A DNA stretch of 64,000 nt, taken from IMG/VR virus record IMGVR_UViG_3300031992_000046, positions 1 through 64,000 of that record, one strand, 5' to 3'. The position numbers were made by a program, and so were the translations under genes. The notes under the pieces were generated by a model. The model searched no databases. It was not told the DNA's origin and saw only the letters and a list, made by a program, of their open reading frames with translations. Source of the stretch: a virus. Lineage: Duplodnaviria > Caudoviricetes. Numbering within the stretch: the stretch's first letter is position 1; each line of letters starts with the position of its first letter. Below are positions 55,705 through 64,000 of the stretch, piece by piece.

Positions 55705-56348
55705 AGTATCGCCTCGATTCCGCCCGGCATAACTATCTCGTCAACGAGCCCTTTTTCCTTTGCTTCGTCAGCAAACATATACCATTCGAACCGTGCTTTC
55801 GCCTCGTACTCTTCCCAGGTTATGTTGCTCATGGTGAGGATATAATCTTGAACCCTTTTTTCTACCTCTGCGTTGAACTTCATCTGATCCTGCGCTTTGT
55901 AGCCGCTGTTGTAAACGAAGTTCGTGCCGTCGTGTATTAAGTATTTGGCGTTTTTGGTGGCGATTCTTTTGTGCCCGGCCATTCCGATAAGAGCGCCCAT
56001 ACTGTAGAGGTAACCAAGATTGATAGTCCAAACGGGCGTGACGCTTGCTCTTATGCAATCTATGAGTTCAAACCCTGCGTCAACGTCACCGCCGTTCGAC
56101 GTGATATACAGTCGAATCGGTTTGCGGTTTTCAGGCTCAATACCGGCGTCGTCAGCGTTATAACGCAGAATACTTTGAACGATATCGGGGACGTTGTACT
56201 GGTCGATGTCGCCGCTGTAAAACAGTTGTCTGTTCTGCAGGTCTTTGAGCCAGAAAAGCTCGCTCAGACTGAGATGGTCAACTATTTTCTCTAAATCGTA
56301 ATCGAACTCGTAAAACCCGATTACTTCCTTCTTCTTTTTCTTTTGCAT
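55701..56348 (-). CDS. ClpP-like protease subunit
   Basis: PIRLYITSNGG, YSMG, LIHDG, ADEAKEKGLVDEI. Confidence 0.88.
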   Translation of the reverse strand: MQKKKKKEVIGFYEFDYDLEKIVDHLSLSELFWLKDLQNRQLFYSGDIDQYNVPDIVQSILRYNADDAGIEPENRKPIRLYITSNGGDVDAGFELIDCIRASVTPVWTINLGYLYSMGALIGMAGHKRIATKNAKYLIHDGTNFVYNSGYKAQDQMKFNAEVEKRVQDYILTMSNITWEEYEAKARFEWYMFADEAKEKGLVDEIVMPGGIEAIL

Positions 56349-56887
56349 AACAGAAATTCCTCCGTCCATCGTTCAACGTTTTCTTTAAGTGTGTCCAGTG
56401 TACCGTGATTGTAAACCCAGTAATCGGGCGGGGTGGCGTCGAGAGCGCTTTCGGACGGATGTAGTCGCTGCTTGCTTGAGAGCAGGTTGTCGAAATTCGG
56501 GCGCAGTACCCTGAGGTGAAAAGTCTTGAACCGTCTTTTGGAAAACGCCTCTATTTCGTTTGGGAATCGGGCATCGGGTATGATAACAAAATCCCAGTGT
56601 CCGTCGAAGCACGCGATAAGCCGCGCCGCGAAATCAGCCCAGAAGTTCTGGTCTCTCGCCCTGATGACGTCGGTGCCGACGTATTGCAGCAGAGAACGTC
56701 CTTTTTCATCTTTCTCGCCATCCCAGTTAAAATATTTTGAGCAGACGAATTTCAGCGGGTCGGCAAAGTGATATACGAACGTGGGCTTGCCCGCCTCGGT
56801 CAGTTTATCCTTCATAAAGTTTGCCACGGTGTCTTTGCCGTGGCGCGCTTTTCCCGATATCAGGATTACCTTAGTCTTTCGCGCCAT
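56321..56887 (-). CDS. Deoxynucleoside monophosphate kinase
   Basis: SGKARHGKDT, FADPLK, RSLLQYVGTD, DARFPNE, HPSE. Confidence 0.85.
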   Translation of the reverse strand: MARKTKVILISGKARHGKDTVANFMKDKLTEAGKPTFVYHFADPLKFVCSKYFNWDGEKDEKGRSLLQYVGTDVIRARDQNFWADFAARLIACFDGHWDFVIIPDARFPNEIEAFSKRRFKTFHLRVLRPNFDNLLSSKQRLHPSESALDATPPDYWVYNHGTLDTLKENVERWTEEFLLCKRKRRRK

Positions 56888-56904
56888 TCTTTCCTGTTAC
56901 CTCC

Positions 56905-57609
56905 TCAGATTCTTACTGGATTTGTACTCGTAAGTTCTTTTACTTGTCTCTCCAGGAATTTCTCTCGTCTTTCAAGTTCTTCGTCAACCGGAATAATCAG
57001 CTCGCTGTAGGGCAGATTGTGCATCCACTTACAAAATTCCCGCCACTCGGGAAGCCTGTGGTCTTTTCTCTGACGGTAAATCGTTTTGAGCTGCCTGTAG
57101 TTGGTCGTTAACCCTGCGGTCAGTTTAAAGCCCGCCGGATTGCTGTACAGGATTTCGAGATATTTCTTTTTGACGAGGTCGCCCGGGTAGTCCTGTTCGC
57201 TGCACATCCAGTTGTATTCGTCCACAAGAGAGTGCATAATCTTGATTATCTCGGGGTTGACGTATTCGTTATATGCCGAGTCAAGGTCGAATCGCGTAAT
57301 GCGGTGCATCGTGCTCTGGCTGCTGACGAAGTCGATAAAGTGGTAGCGTTCCATTTCAACCCACGCCTTGTTGGAAAACGTGAGGTCGAACTGGACGATG
57401 ATTCCGGTGAGCCATTGGTCGTGTCCTGAGCCCGGGGCGCTGAGGGCGAGATTTCTTATTCCGTCCGTCAGGTTTGCACTTATGTCCGACAGGTCTGTAC
57501 ACATGGGGAACTTGGCGCGTCGGACGCTGTCGTCGAGCCCGTAGACACGGATATTATCCACCAAGCCTTTCAAGGGCTTGACGTTATAGTAGATTGGTTT
57601 GTCAGACAT
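56905..57609 (-). CDS. Divergent ThyX-like protein
   Basis: SGHDQWL, ERYHF..SSQSTMHR, TNYRQL..IY.QR..H..PEW; nucleotide-metabolism context. Confidence 0.55.
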   Translation of the reverse strand: MSDKPIYYNVKPLKGLVDNIRVYGLDDSVRRAKFPMCTDLSDISANLTDGIRNLALSAPGSGHDQWLTGIIVQFDLTFSNKAWVEMERYHFIDFVSSQSTMHRITRFDLDSAYNEYVNPEIIKIMHSLVDEYNWMCSEQDYPGDLVKKKYLEILYSNPAGFKLTAGLTTNYRQLKTIYRQRKDHRLPEWREFCKWMHNLPYSELIIPVDEELERREKFLERQVKELTSTNPVRI

Positions 57610-57618
57610 TGTGTCTCC

Positions 57619-60600
57619 TTAATAAATATGGTCGTAGTTTGTCATGGTGTAATAACCGTTCTGCAGTTCAAAACCCTTGCAGTAGATTATGTCGTCTTTC
57701 TTGATCGGGTCGTGGTCGTACAACGTGTTGAACACCGTGAAGCGGGCTTCCTTGCCGCTGCCGAGCGATTTGGTCGTGATCACCCAGCCGAATTGTTTGC
57801 CGTCGCGTTTCCGCTTGGCAGGGAACAGGGAAGTGACGTAAAGTTTCCGCCTGTCTTCCTCTTTGCCCGTGACGTAACCTTGATAACCCATTATGTCTGC
57901 GAAGTTTCTGACTTTCAGCAGGTCGGACAGGTCGTCAAGGTGAAGAGCGCGTATGGCGTCTTCGGTTTCATCGATTATGGAGTCGACGTCGAGCAGGGTA
58001 TAGCACTTTGCGATTCCGCCCGACTTGGTAATTCCCACGGCGTATTTCTGAATTATCGGCTCGAGAGGCGTGCCGTCGACTTTTTCCTTGGATATCTTCT
58101 TGCAATCGCCTCTTTTAAATGTGTCATAAAACATCTCTTTTATGCGCAATAATTCGCGTTGATTTCCAAATTCTTCGAAGAAATCCAGCTTGATGAGTAT
58201 GTCGAGTTGCCTTAAATCAAGCGAAGTTCGGGTGTTTATACCCCTCAGAACGTCGACAAAACGCTTGAATTCCCGTGAGCTGTGCGACAGTTCGTAAAGT
58301 TCCACCGCCGCTTTTGCCCCCATATACTTGAGTGAGGCAAGCCCTTTTGCGATTATGTTCTTTTCGGGGTCAAAGAAATACTCCCCTCTCGAAATACCCC
58401 AGCGCGGGGCGGTCACTTTTATGCCGACCTTATTAGCGTACTTTGCAATTTCCGCCGTCTTGTCGAGGTTGTCTCCGAACACGTTCAGCGCCGCCGTGAG
58501 AAATTCCAGCGGATGATAGTAGCGCAGATAGCCACAGATGTAACCGAGTGCAGAGTATGAGTCGGAGTGGTTCCACGAGAACGCGTAAGCCGACGCGTCG
58601 AGTATGACCTTGATAAACGGTTCGATTACTTCGGCACATCTGTCTTTCGCAAGCCCGTAGTGTTCGGACGTGTATTTGATAAACCGCTTTCGGATTTCCG
58701 GAAGCAGCTTTTCCGTTCCTTTTTTCTTCGCAATTCCCCGTCGGACGGTGTCCGACTCCGCAGCGGAATACCCGCAGAATTTTACGAGGAACTGCATTAT
58801 CGTTTCCTGCATGGCGATTCGTCCCGCCTCGGGTGCGAGGAACTCGTTAAGCTCATCAAACCCGTTGTCGTAGAATTCGCCGTTTGCGACGGAATCTCTG
58901 AAACTCGCACACGCCGGTCTGATAAGGCCGTTCCCGAACGAGAGCCATTTAAGCATTGAGAAGTTCGGGATACGTTCGCGGGCTCTTTTAATCGTTGCAT
59001 CGGACATAAACTTTTTCAGGTACGTCTGTGCGCTCCGAGATTCCCATTGGAATATCAGCGTGGTGTCGTCGCGTATGCTTTTCCACACCGCCTCATCCTC
59101 GAGGTCAGTGTTGTCCGGCGTAAGGCGTTCGATGCCGAGCATCTTGCAGGTTTCATTTATTACCGCCACATTGTCGAGCCCAAGTATGTCGAGCTTCACG
59201 AAAAACTGATCGTCCAGCTCCTTCATATTAAGCATTGACACGGGGTAGTCTGATGAAGAAATGCTGCAAAGCCCTATCCTCTCGTCAATTGGTAGGTCGC
59301 TGAGCAATACACCCGATGGGTGTGTCCCCACAGATACAATCGTTCCGTTGATTATATCGACGTAATCGAATATCTGAGGATACTTTGCCCGTATCTCAGC
59401 CTCGTGGTCGTCAAGCTCTCTGCTGATTTCATCTGAAAGTTTCATGTAGTTGACGAGTTCTGAGTCTTTGTACAGAGCCCTGCATACGTCACGGACTGCG
59501 CCCTTCAGGGCGATTGTGTTGAACGTGATGATTTCCGCGCTGCGAATTGTCGGAATGTTCATATGGTCGCGAAGCAGAAATTCTTTAACCGTATCGCGGT
59601 CTTTCCCGCCATAGTCTGAGTCCACATCAGCGTTGGTCACGCGAGAAGGGTTCATAAAGCGGAAGAAGTTAAGTCCGAACCTCAGACTGTCCATTTGCGT
59701 AATACCAAGCAGATACGCTATCATACTGCCTGATACCGAGCCTCTGCCGTATCCGCACTGTATACCGTGGTCTCTTTCCCACTCACGCAAATACGTTTGA
59801 AGGAGCATAAAGTCAATCGACTTTGTCGCCTTGTAAACCTCGAGCTCTTCCGCTACCGTCTTTTCCAGTTCTTCGCGGGTGTGATTTTTCAATGCATACG
59901 GGTGCGAGTCTATCGCCTCCCGTATTTTTTTCTCAAAAGTCTCTTCCGGGTGGTCGTAGATATGCGGATACTTGGTTCCGCAGTCTATCTTAAACTCCTC
60001 GACCATATCGGCGAGGACGTTTGTATTCTTGATTGCAGTGATATAATCGGCAGTTTCCAGCGTTTGCTGCCGTTCGTACGATTCTACAAGTTCGTCGTAC
60101 GTTTTAAACTTGAGATCCCAGCCTTCCTCTCCGTCAAAGCGGATGTTCTTTGCTTGCTGGAGAATCGTGCGGCCTTTCTCGTGAGTCGCGTCGAGAACGT
60201 GAGTGTCGGTGCCCGCTATGAGCGGGACACCGGTCTCACGATGCAGGCTGAGCATGCGTCGGTTGTACAGTTTCTGTTTGTCGTCGGGGTGATGCCCGAT
60301 TTCCAGGAAGCAGCGGTCTTTATTCTTTTCCATAAAGCGCAAGAACGTTTCCTGTAGTTCGGGTGAACCCTTGCCGAAAACCCCGCCGACGCAAGCCGAT
60401 GTTATTATCAGGTTGTCAGACGCCCCAAACAGTTCGTCAAATGTTATTCTCGGTGTGTAGTAAAAATGCCCGTCTTTCCTGTTAAAACTCTTTGTGACAA
60501 GCGAATTGAGTTCAAGGAAGCCGTCGTAATTACGGGCGATGATAACGCAGTGGTAGTTATCGCGCACTTTTTCTTCAAGCGACTCGGTGAGATAGGCTTC

Positions 60601-60822
60601 GACGCCGTGCAGATATTTCATACCGGCACCCTCGATTGCACATTTTTTATGCCACCACTCAAAAACCGAGCCGTGTTCGGAAAAACCGAGCGCTTTCATT
60701 CCACACTCACTCGCCCGCTCAACGTATTGCCCGAACTTTGTAACCGAGTCAACGTTTGTAACGCCGTTTGACAGGTCGCTGTGCAGGTGATAAATCACAT
60801 AGTTGTCGGGCGGAGACGTCAT
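57619..60822 (-). CDS. dnaE: DNA polymerase III alpha subunit
   Basis: PHP HLHSDLS/SEHG, GRGSVSGS, DVDSD, HPSG, KLDILGL, YAFSWNHS. Confidence 0.95.
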   Translation of the reverse strand: MTSPPDNYVIYHLHSDLSNGVTNVDSVTKFGQYVERASECGMKALGFSEHGSVFEWWHKKCAIEGAGMKYLHGVEAYLTESLEEKVRDNYHCVIIARNYDGFLELNSLVTKSFNRKDGHFYYTPRITFDELFGASDNLIITSACVGGVFGKGSPELQETFLRFMEKNKDRCFLEIGHHPDDKQKLYNRRMLSLHRETGVPLIAGTDTHVLDATHEKGRTILQQAKNIRFDGEEGWDLKFKTYDELVESYERQQTLETADYITAIKNTNVLADMVEEFKIDCGTKYPHIYDHPEETFEKKIREAIDSHPYALKNHTREELEKTVAEELEVYKATKSIDFMLLQTYLREWERDHGIQCGYGRGSVSGSMIAYLLGITQMDSLRFGLNFFRFMNPSRVTNADVDSDYGGKDRDTVKEFLLRDHMNIPTIRSAEIITFNTIALKGAVRDVCRALYKDSELVNYMKLSDEISRELDDHEAEIRAKYPQIFDYVDIINGTIVSVGTHPSGVLLSDLPIDERIGLCSISSSDYPVSMLNMKELDDQFFVKLDILGLDNVAVINETCKMLGIERLTPDNTDLEDEAVWKSIRDDTTLIFQWESRSAQTYLKKFMSDATIKRARERIPNFSMLKWLSFGNGLIRPACASFRDSVANGEFYDNGFDELNEFLAPEAGRIAMQETIMQFLVKFCGYSAAESDTVRRGIAKKKGTEKLLPEIRKRFIKYTSEHYGLAKDRCAEVIEPFIKVILDASAYAFSWNHSDSYSALGYICGYLRYYHPLEFLTAALNVFGDNLDKTAEIAKYANKVGIKVTAPRWGISRGEYFFDPEKNIIAKGLASLKYMGAKAAVELYELSHSSREFKRFVDVLRGINTRTSLDLRQLDILIKLDFFEEFGNQRELLRIKEMFYDTFKRGDCKKISKEKVDGTPLEPIIQKYAVGITKSGGIAKCYTLLDVDSIIDETEDAIRALHLDDLSDLLKVRNFADIMGYQGYVTGKEEDRRKLYVTSLFPAKRKRDGKQFGWVITTKSLGSGKEARFTVFNTLYDHDPIKKDDIIYCKGFELQNGYYTMTNYDHIY

Positions 60823-61109
60823 ATCCAGATGTCCGCTTCGGGGTATTGCTTCAACTGTTCGGCAATCTCTCTGCCTAATTCTGTCAGTTGAAAAGTCGCG
60901 TCGGGATCGATGTAATTTTCATCCGCGTCGTTGAATGCTTCGCGGACTTCGCTCGGCGTCATTTTCTTTTCGACCGTGACGAGTTTGCTTTCGAGCAAAA
61001 CCCTTGCGGTCACCGTGACTTCAACCGTGTCTTCGGGAATCGCGATAACTATGTTCTTTTCGTTCAGTAAAACTTCTTTCTCGTCGTCCAAAACGGAGGC
61101 TCCTTTCAT
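60819..61109 (-). CDS. Hypothetical protein
   Basis: ORF overlapping the dnaE start; true start may be a few codons in. Confidence 0.65.
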   Translation of the reverse strand: MKGASVLDDEKEVLLNEKNIVIAIPEDTVEVTVTARVLLESKLVTVEKKMTPSEVREAFNDADENYIDPDATFQLTELGREIAEQLKQYPEADIWI

Positions 61110-61116
61110 TCAGATT

Positions 61117-61833
61117 TTACGGGGTCGTGATATAGACATCGCCGTATTGCAGGCCGAACTGTACACACTCGTCATGAGTGTCGAAGTAGATATCGACCCA
61201 GTTGCCGATAACGCCTGCGTCTTCGGCGATGTAATCATGACCAGCTACCGTTACGATACTCCCGAGCGGAATAACCCTCGGGTCGACCGCGACCGTTCTC
61301 CCTTCTGTTACTGTAGTTCCCGTATATGTGGTGAAGTTGTCGCAGCACATAGGGCAAGAGCAGTACGCCGTGAGCGTGCATCCTCTTATTACCCACGCGC
61401 CGTTTGGCACTTCGGAAACGCTTTCAGGTTCCAAAATGGCACTGTCATCGGGCACAATGGCACTTTCCTGCGTTTCCCAGACCGTGGCAGGCTCCGGCTC
61501 TTTATCAACCGGTGCGGCAACAGTCTCTTCGGACTCCACTTCTGCTTCGGTTTTGGTACCGTGATCCGAGTTGCTGAGTCGATCAGTACCAACCGGAGTG
61601 ACGAAATCCGGCTCGTTTGTCTTGGGGGATTTGTGTAAAGAAATGATTTCAGCGCGGCTGACGCCGTCGGTGTTGAGTGTCTCCTCAATGCGAGGAAGAC
61701 TTTCCGCGTGTACTGCTTCGGCCCGGCTAAAGCCCGGAGCGGAGCAGATGAGAATTATCGGGGCTGCCGCGTACAGCATTATGACTGCGAATGCGGCAAG
61801 CATCCTTTTAACGATAGCGAATTTTGCTTTCAT
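61117..61833 (-). CDS. Exported 3D-domain cell-wall protein
   Basis: Signal/TM N-terminus; TAY..TVAVDPRVIPLGS..AEDAG..VDIYF. Confidence 0.88.
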   Translation of the reverse strand: MKAKFAIVKRMLAAFAVIMLYAAAPIILICSAPGFSRAEAVHAESLPRIEETLNTDGVSRAEIISLHKSPKTNEPDFVTPVGTDRLSNSDHGTKTEAEVESEETVAAPVDKEPEPATVWETQESAIVPDDSAILEPESVSEVPNGAWVIRGCTLTAYCSCPMCCDNFTTYTGTTVTEGRTVAVDPRVIPLGSIVTVAGHDYIAEDAGVIGNWVDIYFDTHDECVQFGLQYGDVYITTP

Positions 61834-62791
61834 AGAGTTTTATAAAAACCTCCTGTCCTTTATCGACGGGCGCGTCTTTGTCATCAAGCAACCCGTCGAC
61901 ATCGCGGAGAAGGAATACATTATTGTATTGCCTCAATCGTGCGATGTTTCTGTCCTTTCGTTCGTCGACTTCTTTGTCGAGAGCAAATGTGACATGCACG
62001 CCGAGTTTGGCGAGCAGTTTCATTTGGTTAGCTGACAGATGCGACGTTAAAATCGCACCTGTGTTGCGAATTCCCCAAGTGTCTGCGAGCAGGACTGATT
62101 TACAGCCCTCAAACAAGATGATTTCGTTTTTCTTTTTTATGTATTCGAGGTTGTCAGACAAACCATATATCGTGTTTATCGTCCCCCACGAATAAAAGTA
62201 TGTGTACTTGCGGAGTCCTTTTGCTTTGTAGTCGGGGTCGAGGGTCCGACCTCCGACGTTAACTATCTCACCGGCCTCATTCTTGATAGGGTAAACGAGG
62301 CGGTCTGAGAAAGCATCGTACTTCACACCGAATCGCTTGAGCGAGGCGTCGGAAATACCCTCACGACGCCACGCTTCGAGCTTTGCGGGATTGTCTTCGT
62401 ACTTTTCCATGATTTGTGGCGATAAAACCTTGCTTTTATTCTCTTTTTTATGTGTCCGTGGAGGCGAAAACCGCCTGCAGCGTGTCGTTGCATCAAGTTT
62501 TTTCCTCACTTTGAGGTCTTTATCATCCACTCCGGCGTACTCTGAAAGCTTTTTTACTGCCTCAGAGCCGGAACACTTGTCGTACGCCTTGATAAACGTT
62601 ATCAAGTTGCCGCCGAGACCTGACGAGAAGTCGTAGAACTTCCCGGTCTCTCGGCGAACGGAGAACGACGGGGTCTTTTCGTTGGTGAACGGCGAGAGCG
62701 CCCAATATTCTCCGTTTTTTTCTTCCAGTTCAAGGAACTGGGATAGGTAGTCGACTATGTCGACGGAATCTAAAAGATCGGAAACCTCCAT
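61808..62791 (-). CDS. DNA primase (DnaG-like)
   Basis: SPF..EKTPSFSV, GGRTL, KY, TOPRIM FEG..ALDKEVD. Confidence 0.9.
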   Translation of the reverse strand: MEVSDLLDSVDIVDYLSQFLELEEKNGEYWALSPFTNEKTPSFSVRRETGKFYDFSSGLGGNLITFIKAYDKCSGSEAVKKLSEYAGVDDKDLKVRKKLDATTRCRRFSPPRTHKKENKSKVLSPQIMEKYEDNPAKLEAWRREGISDASLKRFGVKYDAFSDRLVYPIKNEAGEIVNVGGRTLDPDYKAKGLRKYTYFYSWGTINTIYGLSDNLEYIKKKNEIILFEGCKSVLLADTWGIRNTGAILTSHLSANQMKLLAKLGVHVTFALDKEVDERKDRNIARLRQYNNVFLLRDVDGLLDDKDAPVDKGQEVFIKLYESKIRYR

Positions 62792-62842
62792 ATTGAACTC
62801 TCCGATGATTGTTTACTGAATTTGGATTTACTGAAACTAATT

Positions 62843-64000
62843 TCAGTAGGGAATATGCGGTATGTGCTGCTTGGCCTCTTCATAAAGAATTAGATTCCCG
62901 TTGAAGTTGAGGTCGATATATTCCCCTGCGGCCATTTGCATCCCGTTACGGTTGAGAATTACCCTCAACTTTTTGTTCCCGCACTCAGCGCCGTCAGCTT
63001 CGATTTCTTCGGGGGTTTTATCCTGAATAATCGCGATTGTACTCGCGTTCCTGCCTATTTTTGCGGAGTCTGCTACCTTACCGGTCGCGGTTGCCTGGGC
63101 TGCGCCTATTCCGCAAATACCCATATCCCCGCATATCCTGTTCTTAACGAGGTCGACGAACCGACCAAGCTCCTGATATGAATCAAAAGCGTCGCCGTCG
63201 CCCGACCCCTTGAAGTAATCCACTATCAGCACGTCAAGTCCTTGTGTATGCTGGACTTTTTTGACCGCTGTGTAGATTGTCTGCTGGTCAAACATAGGCA
63301 AATAGAGATGGACGAACTTTCTTGTCTTCATCCAGTCCCTCGCCTCGTCGATTTTCTTTGCCTCGTCTCCGGAGTAATTCCCGGCAGTAAGCCGTTTGAA
63401 CTCAACTCCGGACAGATGCGATAAAACTCTCGCCGTGAACAGGCGTGTGTTGAGTTCGCTGTCCAGATATAGCACCGCGAGGTCTCTTTTCAGCAAATCG
63501 ATTGCACAGTTGAGAAGCATTATTGATTTACCTTGCTTAGCTTCTGCAGAAAAGATGAAAAGTTCCCCGGGTTCTATCGTGGCGTACTCGTTTAGTGTCT
63601 TGAACTTGAAGGGTATGCCGGAAAACCCGGAACCCTGACGTTCTTTTATCTGTTCCCAGCAGTCGTCGATTACATCTTTGTACTGCGGTATCTCGTTGGT
63701 TGTCGAGAAATCCGCCATAACGTCGTCAAGCGTTGTATATATCTTCTGCTCGATGTTTTCCGCTGACCTGTCGAGGCAAAGAGCCTCGCAATCCTTCAGT
63801 CGCTTGAACGTATCTCTGCGAAAAGCCGCGTCCATAACGTTCTTGACGCATAATAAGTATTCTTCTACCGTATTTCTCGCAAGAACGTCGCTGACGTCGA
63901 TAAGATCCTGAAGTTCCTCGACGGTTATCGTGCTGGACAATCGCCTTGTTGCTTCATTTGAGTTGAGATACTCGGTAATGTTGTAAGCGTCAACGTGATT
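62843..64000 (-). CDS. DnaB-like replicative helicase (5' end beyond the window)
   Basis: AEAKQGKS, LDSEL, LIVDY, GAAQ, LNRNG. Confidence 0.9.
   Translation of the reverse strand, partial: NHVDAYNITEYLNSNEATRRLSSTITVEELQDLIDVSDVLARNTVEEYLLCVKNVMDAAFRRDTFKRLKDCEALCLDRSAENIEQKIYTTLDDVMADFSTTNEIPQYKDVIDDCWEQIKERQGSGFSGIPFKFKTLNEYATIEPGELFIFSAEAKQGKSIMLLNCAIDLLKRDLAVLYLDSELNTRLFTARVLSHLSGVEFKRLTAGNYSGDEAKKIDEARDWMKTRKFVHLYLPMFDQQTIYTAVKKVQHTQGLDVLIVDYFKGSGDGDAFDSYQELGRFVDLVKNRICGDMGICGIGAAQATATGKVADSAKIGRNASTIAIIQDKTPEEIEADGAECGNKKLRVILNRNGMQMAAGEYIDLNFNGNLILYEEAKQHIPHIPY

Noticed and set aside
1-64000. tRNA or rRNA genes
   Set aside because: None recognised by eye in the intergenic gaps; tRNAscan-SE/ARAGORN was not run.

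Overview
The whole window is phage DNA: part of a large temperate siphovirus with an SPbeta-like gene set, probably infecting a Clostridia/Firmicutes host (inferred from SD motifs, sigmaA promoters and gene content). No host DNA is visible. 1-~2335 is a compositionally extreme block holding one Ala-rich, sigma-like minus-strand gene with a consensus promoter and terminator; by my manual scan it lacks nearly all of a set of common restriction-site words. 2336-3050 is non-coding, with a promoter and a candidate structured RNA ahead of a tyrosine recombinase. 3053-13348 (+) has small genes, an SF2-like helicase, a YonO-type single-subunit RNA polymerase, a metallophosphoesterase, a second tyrosine recombinase and HU. 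13326-42558 (+) covers packaging, head, tail and lysis, with two group I introns (in terL, HNH-type ORF; in a head-tail gene, GIY-YIG ORF) and tandem major tail genes. 42583-51448 (+) is a modular array of baseplate/receptor-binding-like genes, one with a cysteine-phosphatase domain. 51542-64000 (-) has a serine integrase, C5-methyltransferase, dUTPase, ClpP-like protein, dNMP kinase, ThyX-like protein, DnaE, a 3D-domain protein, primase and a DnaB-like helicase (truncated by the window edge). All calls come from motif reading and gene context; no database searches were run.
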